Shown: one piece after another, positions 27,154 to 35,627 of the stretch
Numbering within the stretch: the first letter of the stretch is position 1
Layout of the letters: each line of letters begins with the position of its first letter
Assembly: GCA_027315365.1 (NCBI GenBank)
Contig: DAHUYF010000153.1
Location: 516-64,515 of the forward strand
Length of the DNA: 64,000 nt
Reading direction: 5' to 3'
Source of the DNA: Rhodospirillales bacterium
Lineage (GTDB): Bacteria > Pseudomonadota > Alphaproteobacteria > ATCC43930 > CGMCC-115725
Program-made: the position numbers and the translations under genes
Notes under the pieces: generated by a model
Told to the model about the DNA's origin: nothing
Databases searched by the model: none
Seen by the model: the letters and a program-made list of their open reading frames with translations, nothing else

Positions 27154-27948
27154 TCAGGCGGTTCCCGCTTCGCCGCCCTTTTCCGCCTCGCCGGCCTCGC
27201 TGGCCGCTTCCTTCGCGGCATCGATGGTGCGCTCGGCGACGTGCTTGGCACGCGCCACCGCCTCGCCGCCGAGATCGGCCGCGCGATGGCGCAGTTCCGC
27301 ACCGGCCGAGCCGATCCAGCGCTCCTCGGCGGCGCCTCTGGGCAGCAGGAACGCCACCGCCGCACCGGCCAGCAGCCCCAGCACGCCCAGCGCGATCGGA
27401 TAATCCATCATCAACGCGCCCATGCTCCGGCGTGGGCGGGTCAAGCGATCGGCCGCCTGTTCGGCCAGCGCGCTCGCCTGCTGCCAGGCGGTTTCCGCAC
27501 CCTGCTTCGCCTGGCCGGCAACGTCGCTCACCGCCCGCTGCGCCCGGTCCATCGCGTCGCCCGCCTTTTCGCGCGCATGGGCATAGCCGGCGAGATCGGT
27601 GGGATAGCGCTTGGCCGCCTCATGCGCCGCCTCGCCCGGGCGCCCCCGCGTGCTTGCCGCAAAGGCCACCCAGCCGATGCCCATCCCGATCAGCGCCAGC
27701 GGTACCGGATGGCGGCGCAGGGTCTCGCCGAAGCCGCCGCCGGATCCTTCCATCGTGTCTTTCAGCATGTCGAAGCCCCTTTCCAACAGTTCTTGCGGTG
27801 CCAGCCGGCGCTCCAGCTGAGCCAGGATCGCGCCGAGCTCGGCCCGCGTCGTCTCGATCTCCGCCGCGATGCGCTCCGGCGACTGGCCGGCGCCTTCGCG
27901 ATCGTCGCGCGCGACCGGCGCCAGCTCCGACGGCATGTCGGCGCTCAT
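27154..27948 (-). CDS. DUF3618 domain-containing membrane protein
   Basis: 264 aa. N-terminal SPERIAAEIETTRAELGAILAQLERRL is typical of DUF3618 as I recall it. Two TM segments (VPLALIGMGIGWVAFAA and YPIALGVLGLLAGAAVAFLL). ATG 27948 overlaps the stop of the upstream gene (ATGA). Confidence 0.7.
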   Translation of the reverse strand: MSADMPSELAPVARDDREGAGQSPERIAAEIETTRAELGAILAQLERRLAPQELLERGFDMLKDTMEGSGGGFGETLRRHPVPLALIGMGIGWVAFAASTRGRPGEAAHEAAKRYPTDLAGYAHAREKAGDAMDRAQRAVSDVAGQAKQGAETAWQQASALAEQAADRLTRPRRSMGALMMDYPIALGVLGLLAGAAVAFLLPRGAAEERWIGSAGAELRHRAADLGGEAVARAKHVAERTIDAAKEAASEAGEAEKGGEAGTA

Positions 27949-28364
27949 CGCACCCGCTCGCGCGCCCAGCGTGCGTCCTCGCGCAGGCTGCGCAGGCTGC
28001 GGCCGGGCAGCAGGTGCCGCGGGCCGAGATCGCGTTTTCCCTTGAGCAGCAGGACGGCGCCGATCGCGGCCGCGACGCCGCCCACCACCAGCGCGGCGGC
28101 CCAATCGGGCAGCACGCGGGCGAGCCCAAGCGTCGCCGCCGCCAGCAGCACCAGGAAGCCGGCATAGAGGATGAGACCGCCAGCGATCATCTCCGCCGCG
28201 CCGGCGCCGAGCTGGCTGAACTTGGCCGCGAGCTCCGCCTTGGCCAGCGCAACCTCCTGCCGGAAGAGCCGCGAGGCCTCGCGCGCCAGCGCCGCGAAGA
28301 GGCCGGCAACGCCGCGGTCCTCCCCCGGCGGCGGCATCACGCCGATATCGTCGCTTCCTACCAC
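27945..28364 (-). CDS. Holin-X family (holin superfamily III-like) small membrane protein
   Basis: 139 aa. FRQEVALAKAELAAKFSQLGAGAA, followed by two TM helices. The family call is from memory. Overlaps the upstream gene by 7 nt; alternative ATG at 28337. Confidence 0.7.
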   Translation of the reverse strand: MVGSDDIGVMPPPGEDRGVAGLFAALAREASRLFRQEVALAKAELAAKFSQLGAGAAEMIAGGLILYAGFLVLLAAATLGLARVLPDWAAALVVGGVAAAIGAVLLLKGKRDLGPRHLLPGRSLRSLREDARWARERVR

Positions 28365-28858
28365 CGGCCCGCTCCCGCGCCGCCAAGCGCTTCATCCGCC
28401 GGATGCAGCCCCTCCTGCCAGACCCCGGCGCCGACGCGCGGCGGCGTCGACGGCGCCGGCGCGGCCAGCAGGCGGCCGGCGACGAAACCGGCCGCCACCG
28501 TGCCGGCGATGAACAGCGCCGGCTGGCGGCGCGCCAGCGCCTCGGCCTCGACAAGGAGGTCGGCGAGCCGCCGCTCGCGCAGCACCGCCGCGACCCGGTC
28601 GAGCTGAGCGGCCGCCTGATCGGCGCAGCGCGAGGCGATCGGGCTCTGCTCGCGTTGCAGCGCATCGGCGGTGCGGCGGAAGGCCAGAGCGAAGCCGTGC
28701 ACGGTCTCGGCCAGCCGCGTCTTCTGCTCGGCGACGAGCGAGGCCGTCGCCTGGCGCATCTCCTCGCCGAGGCGGCGCGCGCCGTGGCGCGCCGTACCGA
28801 GCGCCGCTTCGGCGGCGCGCCTGCCGATCTCCGCCGCGTCCCCGTCCGGCTCCGCCAT
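28358..28858 (-). CDS. Hypothetical coiled-coil protein with a C-terminal TM anchor
   Basis: 166 aa from MAEPDGDAAEIG (ATG 28858). Long Ala/Arg/Glu-rich helical region, then the TM segment PALFIAGTVAAGFVAGRLL. First gene of the three-gene module. Confidence 0.6.
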   Translation of the reverse strand: MAEPDGDAAEIGRRAAEAALGTARHGARRLGEEMRQATASLVAEQKTRLAETVHGFALAFRRTADALQREQSPIASRCADQAAAQLDRVAAVLRERRLADLLVEAEALARRQPALFIAGTVAAGFVAGRLLAAPAPSTPPRVGAGVWQEGLHPADEALGGAGAGRW

Positions 28859-28906
28859 GTCTTGATCTCCCGCCCCAGCGGCGCACCTGCCGCGCGCTGT
28901 CGGAAC

Positions 28907-28932
28907 AACGCCGGCCGGAAAGCCGCGGTTCC
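28907..28932 (-). promoter_or_regulatory. EcfG-type general-stress promoter, exact GGAAC-N17-CGTT
   Basis: On the minus strand: GGAAC (28932-28928), 17-nt spacer, CGTT (28910-28907), ending 48 nt before ATG 28858. Cross-checked against the translation of track ORF 28403..29008 (..CRNNAGRKAAVPP..). Confidence 0.6.
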
Positions 28933-28955
28933 ACCGCACCGCGCGGCGGCGGCCG

Positions 28956-29783
28956 TCAGGGGCGTTCGTCGAGGAAGAGATCGAGGCGCAGCGCCGCGCC
29001 CGGCTTGACCGCGTAGGCGGAAAAGTCGCTGACGCCAGCCTCGCGCAGCACGTCCTCATCAATGAGGAAGCGGCCGGTGAGGCTGCGGGCGTCGCGGGTC
29101 AGCACGCGATGCGCGGCATCGGCCATGATCTCGGGCTTGCGTCCGAGCTCGGGGCTGGCGCCGGGGATGATCTGCAGCGCGGCCGTGGCGATGGTGGTGC
29201 GCGGCCACAGCGCGTTGACCGCGACGCCGTCGGCGCGGAACTCCTCGGCCATGCCGAGGACGCACATCGACATGCCGTATTTGGCGATGGTGTAGGCGAC
29301 ATGATCCTTGAACCAGCGCGGGTTCAGGTTGAGCGGCGGCGAGAGCGTGAGGATGTGCGGGTTGGCCGCGCGCTTGAGATGCGGCAGGCAGGCGCGCGAG
29401 CAGAGATACGTGCCGCGCGTGTTGACCCCCATCATCAGGTCGAAGCGCTTCATCGGCGTCGCCAGCGTGCCGGTGAGGCTGATGGCGGAGGCGTTGTTGA
29501 CCAGGATGTCGATGCCGCCGAAGCGCTCGACCGCCTGCTCGACCGCGGCCAGCACCTGCTCCTCCTCGCGGATGTCGGTCTGCACCGGCAGCGCCTTGCC
29601 GCCGGCGGCCTCGATCTCCTCGACGGCGGTGTAGATCGTGCCGGGCAGCTTGGGATGCGGCTCGACGGTCTTGGCGGCGATCACCACGTTGGCGCCATCG
29701 CGCGCCGCGCGCAGCGCGATCGCCAGTCCGATGCCGCGCGAGCCGCCGGAGATGAAGAGCGTCTTGCCTTTGAGATCGGACAT
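28956..29783 (-). CDS. SDR-family NAD(P)-dependent oxidoreductase (HSDL2-like)
   Basis: TLFISGGSRGIGLA cofactor motif and the catalytic YTIAKYG (YxxxK). Confidence 0.85.
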   Translation of the reverse strand: MSDLKGKTLFISGGSRGIGLAIALRAARDGANVVIAAKTVEPHPKLPGTIYTAVEEIEAAGGKALPVQTDIREEEQVLAAVEQAVERFGGIDILVNNASAISLTGTLATPMKRFDLMMGVNTRGTYLCSRACLPHLKRAANPHILTLSPPLNLNPRWFKDHVAYTIAKYGMSMCVLGMAEEFRADGVAVNALWPRTTIATAALQIIPGASPELGRKPEIMADAAHRVLTRDARSLTGRFLIDEDVLREAGVSDFSAYAVKPGAALRLDLFLDERP

Positions 29784-29811
29784 GCGCGGTCCTCCCTTGG
29801 CTGCCGCGCGG

Positions 29812-31599
29812 TCAGAAAGCCTCCGCTTCGAGCTCCATCAGAGACTTGGCGCCGGCGGCGATGTTGACGAAGAGGGTGTTGGTCTCGGGCAGCACGCGCG
29901 CCATGTAGAAGCGCGCGGTGGCGAGCTTCCCCTTGTAGAACAGCGCCTCGTCGCCGCCGAGACGGCCCAGCGCGATCTCGGCGATGCGCGCCCAGAGATA
30001 GCCCATGGCGACCAGGCCGAAGGCGCGCAGATACTCGCTCGCCGCGGCGCCGGCCTCGTCGGGATCGGCCATGCCCTTCTGCGCCACCAGCGCCGTCACC
30101 TGCTGCAGCCGGCCGAAGGCCTTCATCACCGGCATCACGAACTCCTGCAGCTCGGGCTTCTCCAGCCGCTGGCGCAGCCAGGCATCGACGGGGTGGAAGA
30201 AGCGGCGCAGCAGCCGGCCGTTATGCATCGGCATCTTGCGGCCGACGAGATCGAGCGCCTGGATGCCGTTGGCGCCTTCGTATAGCATGGTGATGCGGCT
30301 GTCGCGCACCAGCTGCTCCATCCCCCATTCGCGGATGTAGCCGTGGCCGCCGAAGATCTGCACGCCGAGATTGGTCGCGGCGAAGGCGTTGTCGGTGAGC
30401 ATCGCCTTGATGATCGGCGTCATCAGGCCGATGAAATCATCCGCCTCCTCGCGCGCCGCGGGATCGGGATCGCGCTCGGCGCGGTCGAGCGCGAGCGAGA
30501 CCCAGGCGGCGAGCGCGCGCGCACCCTCGGTATAGGCCTTCATGGTGAGCAGCATGCGCCGCACGTCGGGATGGACGATGATGGGATCGGCGGGCTTGTC
30601 GGGGAACTTGTCGCCCGCGAGCGCGCGGCCCTGCAGCCGGTCCTGCGCGTATTGCCGCGCCGTCTGATAAGCGGTCTCGCCCAGCGCCAGCCCCTGCAGC
30701 CCGACGCCGAGCCGGGCCGCGTTCATCATCGTGAACATGGCGCGCATGCCCTTGTGGGCCTCGCCGAGGAGATAGCCCTCGGCTTCCTCGAAATTGATGA
30801 CGCAGGTGGCCGACGCCTTGATGCCCATCTTGTGCTCGATCGAGCCGCAACGCACGCCGTTGCGCGGGCCGAGGCCGCCGTCGTCCTTCACCAGGAATTT
30901 CGGCACGATGAACAGGCTGATGCCGCGGATGCCCGGCGGACCGCCGACGATGCGCGCCAGCACGAGATGCACGATGTTGTCGGTGAGATCGTGCTCGCCG
31001 GCCGAAATGAAGATCTTGGTGCCGGTGATCTTGTAAACGCCGTCCGTGCCGGCCGGCTCGGCGCGGGTGCGGATCTGGCCGAGATCGGTGCCGCATTGCG
31101 GCTCGGTCAGGCACATCGTGCCGCTCCAGCTGCCGTCGACCAGACGGGGCAGGAATTTCCGCTTCTGCGCCGCCGATCCGTGATGCCAGATGGCGCGATA
31201 GGCGCCGTTGGAGAGGCCGGGATACATGCCGAAGGACATGTTTGCCGAGGACACCATCTCCTCGACGAGGAACTGCAAGGTGTGCGGCAGCCCTTGCCCG
31301 CCATACTCGGGATCGCAGACCAGCGCCGTCCAGCCGCCCTGGCGGAAGAGATCGTAGGCCTCCTTGAAGCCCTTGGGCGTGCGCACGACGCCGTTCTCGA
31401 AGGTGCAGCCCTCTTCGTCGCCGCTGCGGTTCAGCGGGAAGAGCACCTCCTCGCAGAGCTTGGCGCCCTCCTCGAGCACCTGCTCGAACACGTCGGGCGT
31501 GGCATCCTCGTAGCCCGGGAGCTTGGCGAGTTCGCCGACGTCGAACAGCTCCTGCAAGAGGAAGCGATACTCGCGCAGCGGCGCCTTGTAGGTGGTCAT
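29812..31599 (-). CDS. Long-form acyl-CoA dehydrogenase
   Basis: 595 aa. ACAD core (CLTEPQCGTDL, FGGHGYIREWGMEQLVRDSRI) plus a C-terminal extension domain. Confidence 0.9.
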   Translation of the reverse strand: MTTYKAPLREYRFLLQELFDVGELAKLPGYEDATPDVFEQVLEEGAKLCEEVLFPLNRSGDEEGCTFENGVVRTPKGFKEAYDLFRQGGWTALVCDPEYGGQGLPHTLQFLVEEMVSSANMSFGMYPGLSNGAYRAIWHHGSAAQKRKFLPRLVDGSWSGTMCLTEPQCGTDLGQIRTRAEPAGTDGVYKITGTKIFISAGEHDLTDNIVHLVLARIVGGPPGIRGISLFIVPKFLVKDDGGLGPRNGVRCGSIEHKMGIKASATCVINFEEAEGYLLGEAHKGMRAMFTMMNAARLGVGLQGLALGETAYQTARQYAQDRLQGRALAGDKFPDKPADPIIVHPDVRRMLLTMKAYTEGARALAAWVSLALDRAERDPDPAAREEADDFIGLMTPIIKAMLTDNAFAATNLGVQIFGGHGYIREWGMEQLVRDSRITMLYEGANGIQALDLVGRKMPMHNGRLLRRFFHPVDAWLRQRLEKPELQEFVMPVMKAFGRLQQVTALVAQKGMADPDEAGAAASEYLRAFGLVAMGYLWARIAEIALGRLGGDEALFYKGKLATARFYMARVLPETNTLFVNIAAGAKSLMELEAEAF

Positions 31600-31609
31600 G
31601 GGCTTCCTC

Positions 31610-33934
31610 TCAGTTCCGCAACGGCTTGCCGGTCTCGAGCATGTGTTCGATGCGCGCCAGCGTCCTGGGCTCGCGGATCAGCGACTGGAACGCACGGCGC
31701 TCCAGCGCCAGCAGCTGATCCTCGCTGGTCTCGAGCGTCATGTCGGTGTCGCCGCCGCTCAGCACCTCGGCGAGCCTCTCGGCGACCACTGCGTCATAGG
31801 CGGTGGCCTTGCCTTGATTGACGAGATCGGTGACGCCGAGCTTCAGCGCGGCGGCACCGGTCGGTCCCGGCAGGTTGATCGGCTGCGGCTGCGGCGGCTG
31901 GTAGCCCGCGGCGAGCGCCAGCGCCTTGGTCTTGGCGTCGGCCAGCAGCCGGTCGCGATTCATGGTGATGCCGTCGCCTTCGCGCAGCATCAGCGTGTCG
32001 CGCGCCTCGGGCGCCGAGCGCGACACCTTGGCGAGCGCGATCGTCTCGAAGGCCTGCAGCAGCGGCGGCATCGGGCCGCCCGGACGCTTCTTGTTGAGCG
32101 TGTGGCGCGTCACCAGCTCCTTGCAACCGCCCCAGCCAGGCACCAGGCCGACACCGGTCTCGACCAGGCCGATATAGCTCTCGGCATGGGCCTGCACCGC
32201 GGCCGAATGCAGCAGGATCTCGCAGCCGCCGCCGAGCGCCATGCCGGAGGGCGCGCTGACCACCGGGAACGGTGCGTATTTGAGGTTCTTGTAGGCGTTC
32301 TGCCCGGCCGTCTCGCCCTCCTCGATGAACGGCCACAGCGCTACATTGGCGGCGAAGAGGGCGAGGCCGACATTGGCGCCGACCGAGAAATTCTCCGCCT
32401 CGTTGTAGATCACCATCGCCTTGAAGGCGCCGGCGCTCTTCTTCACGGTGTCGAGGCCCTTGCCCAGCATGCCCATGATCTCGGTATCGAGCGCGTTCAT
32501 CTTGCTGTGGAACTCGAGGCAGAGCACGCCGTCGCCGACATCCCAGAGGCTGGCCGAGCCGTTGCGCGCCAGCGGCTTTGATTTGCGCTTGATGTCGGCG
32601 AGCAGCAGCACGCCCGGCCGACGTTTCACCGGCGCGTACTTGCCGTCGCGGCCGAGATAGTCGAGCCGTCCGTCGGCGGTGCGATAGAAGGATTTCCCGG
32701 CCGCCTGCTGTAGCAGCGGCGGCACGGCGATCTTCTCCGCCGCGAGCAGCGCGATGACGGCATCGGCGCCGATCCGATCGATCAGCTCGAAGGGCCCGTA
32801 TTTCCAGGTGTAGCCCCAGCGCATCGCCTCGTCGACGGCGACGACGTCGTCGGCGATCTCGGGCACCAGCGCCGCGGCATAGGCGAGCGTCAGGCCGAGC
32901 ACGCGGCGCGCATACTGCCCGCCGCGATCCTCGTGGCGCAGCAGCGCCTCGGGCTTGCGCTCGGCGGTGCTGGCGAGCTGCGGCTTGGCCAGCGGCCGGT
33001 ACTCGCCGGTGGCGAGGTCGATGGCCTCGCGCTGGCGGCCCGACGCGCTGCGCGTCATGCGGTAGAAGCCGCCCTTGCCCTTGCGGCCGGTGTAGCCCTC
33101 GGCGATCATCTTGGCGAGCAGCGGCCGGTCCTGGTAGATGCGGATGTAGGGATCGTCCTTGGCCAGGCTGCGCTGCATGCTCGCCGCCACCTGCGGCGTC
33201 AGATCGATGCCGACGAGATCGAGCAGACCGAAGATGCCGGTGCGCGGCATGCCGAAGGGTCGGCCCATGACGGCGTCGGCCTCCTCGACGCTGAGGCCGA
33301 GATCGAAGGCCGCCTGCAGCGCCGACTGTATCCACATGCCGCCGATGCGGTTGGCGATGAAGCCGGGCGTGTCCTTGGCGTGGATCACGCCCTTGCCGAG
33401 GCGCACGTCGCAGAATTCCTCGATCGCCTGCACCGCGTCGGGGCGCGTCTTCGGCCCGCAGACGATCTCCAGGAGGCGCATATAGCGCGGCGGGTTGAAG
33501 AAATGGGTGATCAGGAAGTCCTGCTCGAAGCTCGCCGGCATGCCGGCGACGAGATCCCGCAGCGGAATGGTCGAGGTGTTGGAGGAGACAATCGAGCCGG
33601 GCTTGCGCGCCTTCTCGATCTTCGCGTAGGTCGCGTGCTTGACCTCGAGTTTCTCCAGCACCACCTCGACGATCCAGTCGCAGTCGGCGAGCAGACCGAG
33701 ATGGTCCTCGAGGTTGCCCGGCGTGATGCGGCGCGCGAAATCGCGATGCATCAGCGGCGCGGGATCGGTCTTGAGCAGGCGCTCGATCGCCTGCTCGGCG
33801 ACGGTGTTGCGGTTCTTGGCGCCGGGCGGGACGATGTCCAGCAGCAGGACGGGAAGCCCGGCATTGGCGACATGGGCGGCGATGCCGCCGCCCATCACGC
33901 CGGAGCCGATGACGGCGACTTTGCTGATCGGCAT
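31610..33934 (-). CDS. 3-hydroxyacyl-CoA dehydrogenase / enoyl-CoA hydratase fusion protein (FadB-like, HAD domain N-terminal)
   Basis: N-terminal NAD-binding motif VAVIGSGVMGGGIA. C-terminal crotonase fold (FSVGANV...GGGCEILLH). The domain order is reversed relative to E. coli FadB. Confidence 0.9.
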   Translation of the reverse strand: MPISKVAVIGSGVMGGGIAAHVANAGLPVLLLDIVPPGAKNRNTVAEQAIERLLKTDPAPLMHRDFARRITPGNLEDHLGLLADCDWIVEVVLEKLEVKHATYAKIEKARKPGSIVSSNTSTIPLRDLVAGMPASFEQDFLITHFFNPPRYMRLLEIVCGPKTRPDAVQAIEEFCDVRLGKGVIHAKDTPGFIANRIGGMWIQSALQAAFDLGLSVEEADAVMGRPFGMPRTGIFGLLDLVGIDLTPQVAASMQRSLAKDDPYIRIYQDRPLLAKMIAEGYTGRKGKGGFYRMTRSASGRQREAIDLATGEYRPLAKPQLASTAERKPEALLRHEDRGGQYARRVLGLTLAYAAALVPEIADDVVAVDEAMRWGYTWKYGPFELIDRIGADAVIALLAAEKIAVPPLLQQAAGKSFYRTADGRLDYLGRDGKYAPVKRRPGVLLLADIKRKSKPLARNGSASLWDVGDGVLCLEFHSKMNALDTEIMGMLGKGLDTVKKSAGAFKAMVIYNEAENFSVGANVGLALFAANVALWPFIEEGETAGQNAYKNLKYAPFPVVSAPSGMALGGGCEILLHSAAVQAHAESYIGLVETGVGLVPGWGGCKELVTRHTLNKKRPGGPMPPLLQAFETIALAKVSRSAPEARDTLMLREGDGITMNRDRLLADAKTKALALAAGYQPPQPQPINLPGPTGAAALKLGVTDLVNQGKATAYDAVVAERLAEVLSGGDTDMTLETSEDQLLALERRAFQSLIREPRTLARIEHMLETGKPLRN

Positions 33935-33946
33935 GGCGGCCTCCGC

Positions 33947-35083
33947 TCAGGCGCGTTCGAGGATGGTGGCGATGCCCTGGCCGCCGCCGATGCATTGCGT
34001 GGCAAGCGCGTAGCGCTTGCCTTCGCGCGCCAGCAGCGCCGCCGCCTTGCCGGTGATGCGGGCGCCGGTGGCACCCAAGGGATGCCCTATGGCGATGCCG
34101 CCGCCATCGAGATTGGCCTTGACCTCGTCGATGCCGAGCTCGCGCATGCAGACGATCGCCTGCGAGGCGAAGGCCTCGTTGATCTCGACGATGTCGATAT
34201 CCTTCATCGTCAGCCCGGCGCGCTTCAGCGCCTTCTGCGTCGCCGGCACCGGGCCGATGCCCATGATCTCCGGCGCGCAGCCCGCCACCGCGATGCTCTT
34301 GAGCCGCGCCAGCACCGGCAGCTTGTTGCGCTTGGCGAACTCCTCGGTGGTGACCAGCACCGCGGCGGCGCCGTCGGTGAGCGGCGAGGAGGTGCCGGCG
34401 GTGACGGTACCGTCGGCATCGAAGGCCGGCGCCAGGCTCGACAGCGTCTCCTGCGAGGTGTCGGGGCGGATGCAGCCATCCTGGTCGACGACGCCGTCCT
34501 TGGCCTTGATCGCCACGATCTCATCCTTGAACCTGCCCGCGGCTTGGGCGGCGGCGGCCTTGCGGTGGCTCTTCACCGCGAGCTCCTGCTGATCGGCGCG
34601 CGTCACCTGGTGCTTGCGCGCGACGTTCTCGGCGGTCTGGCCCATCGAGATGTAGGCCTGCGGATACTCCTTGGCGAGACCGGGATGCGGCGAGGGATTG
34701 AAGCCGGTCATCGGCACGCGGGTCATGGATTCGACGCCGGCGCAGACGAAGGCCTCACCGGCATCGAGCTGGATGGCGCCGGCCGCCATGTGGATCGCCT
34801 GCATCGAGGAACCGCAGAAGCGGTTCACCGTGGCGCCGGCGACATTGAGCGGCAGATGCGCGAGAAAGGCCACCATGCGGCCGATATTGAGCCCCTGTTC
34901 GCCTTCCGGCATGGCGCAGCCGACGATGACGTCCTCGATCTCCTTGGGGTCGATCTTGCTGCGCTCGATCAGCGCCGCGATCACCTGGGCCGCAAGCTCG
35001 TCGGGCCGCACCCGGGCGAGGGCGCCTTTCTTGGCAAAATGGAAGGGCGAGCGGGCGAAGCCCGCGATGACGACGTTCTTCAT
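33947..35083 (-). CDS. Acetyl-CoA C-acyltransferase (thiolase)
   Basis: Catalytic Cys context NRFCGSSMQAI. C-terminal motifs GHPLGATG and CIGGGQG. Confidence 0.95.
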   Translation of the reverse strand: MKNVVIAGFARSPFHFAKKGALARVRPDELAAQVIAALIERSKIDPKEIEDVIVGCAMPEGEQGLNIGRMVAFLAHLPLNVAGATVNRFCGSSMQAIHMAAGAIQLDAGEAFVCAGVESMTRVPMTGFNPSPHPGLAKEYPQAYISMGQTAENVARKHQVTRADQQELAVKSHRKAAAAQAAGRFKDEIVAIKAKDGVVDQDGCIRPDTSQETLSSLAPAFDADGTVTAGTSSPLTDGAAAVLVTTEEFAKRNKLPVLARLKSIAVAGCAPEIMGIGPVPATQKALKRAGLTMKDIDIVEINEAFASQAIVCMRELGIDEVKANLDGGGIAIGHPLGATGARITGKAAALLAREGKRYALATQCIGGGQGIATILERA

Positions 35084-35532
35084 GGCGTTCCTTTCCTGCC
35101 GGCGGGGTCCTGCCCGGCTTCCTTCCTGCGAATGCTGTCCTCGATATAGGCGCCGATCGCACGCAGCTCTTCGAGCGTCAGCGCGATCTCCTGCTGTTGG
35201 CGCTCGAGCTCGGCGATGCGAACGCGGCCCTTGATGAGGGTGGCGCGCAACTGCTCGAGATGGTTCCGGTCGACGTCGTAGAGATCGAGCAGCTCGCGGA
35301 TGTCGGCGAGCGCGAAGCCCAGGCGCTTGCCGCGGAGGATGAGCTGCAGCCGCGCCCGGTCGCGCCCGGAATAGACCCGGTTGCCGCCGATGCGGCGCGG
35401 CGCGAGCAGCCCCTGATCCTCGTAGAATCGGATGGCGCGCGGCGACACGCCGACCTCGCCGGCGAGGTCGCCGATCGAATAGAGCCGCGAGGCGGCGCCC
35501 TCGCTGCCGGCCTGGACGGATACGGCGGACAT
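35080..35532 (-). CDS. MerR-family transcriptional regulator (LiuR-like)
   Basis: HTH sequence YSIGDLAGEVGVSPRAIRFYEDQGLL, followed by a coiled-coil dimerisation helix. First gene of the beta-oxidation operon. Alternative ATG at 35556 lies inside the upstream palindrome. Confidence 0.85.
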   Translation of the reverse strand: MSAVSVQAGSEGAASRLYSIGDLAGEVGVSPRAIRFYEDQGLLAPRRIGGNRVYSGRDRARLQLILRGKRLGFALADIRELLDLYDVDRNHLEQLRATLIKGRVRIAELERQQQEIALTLEELRAIGAYIEDSIRRKEAGQDPAGRKGTP

Positions 35533-35536
35533 TGAT

Positions 35537-35582
35537 ATGCCGATAACGTCACCCATATGACGTTAACGTAAGGCATCGGCAT
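35537..35582. promoter_or_regulatory. Nested ACGT-containing inverted repeats (candidate MerR/LiuR operator)
   Basis: TAACGTCA (35544-35551) -N6- TGACGTTA (35558-35565). Overlapping perfect palindrome ACGTTAACGT (35560-35569). Outer arms ATGCCGAT (35537-35544) and ATCGGCAT (35575-35582). Locally AT-rich and immediately upstream of ATG 35532. Confidence 0.45.
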
Positions 35583-35627
35583 GGCGATGTCCAGCCGGAA
35601 ATCGCCACCCTCGGCACCCCTGGGTTC

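Noticed and set aside
27945-28364. A Holin-X family gene could indicate a prophage or a lysis cassette.
   Set aside because: No endolysin, spanin, terminase, capsid, tail, integrase or att-like repeat occurs anywhere in the window. The gene is embedded in a translationally coupled trio behind a general-stress promoter. I report it as a stress-membrane module instead.
27154-28908. A 584-aa track ORF, and similar long N-terminal extensions (3101-4969, 6442-7497, 22091-23761, 23816-25726, 42822-44981, 48496-50538, 57752-59578), could be read as large fusion proteins.
   Set aside because: The extensions are Arg/Pro-rich and overlap the real upstream gene in another frame. In each case a start codon with a Shine-Dalgarno sequence or an ATGA/GTGA overlap coincides with where homologous proteins begin. 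I trimmed the gene models accordingly.
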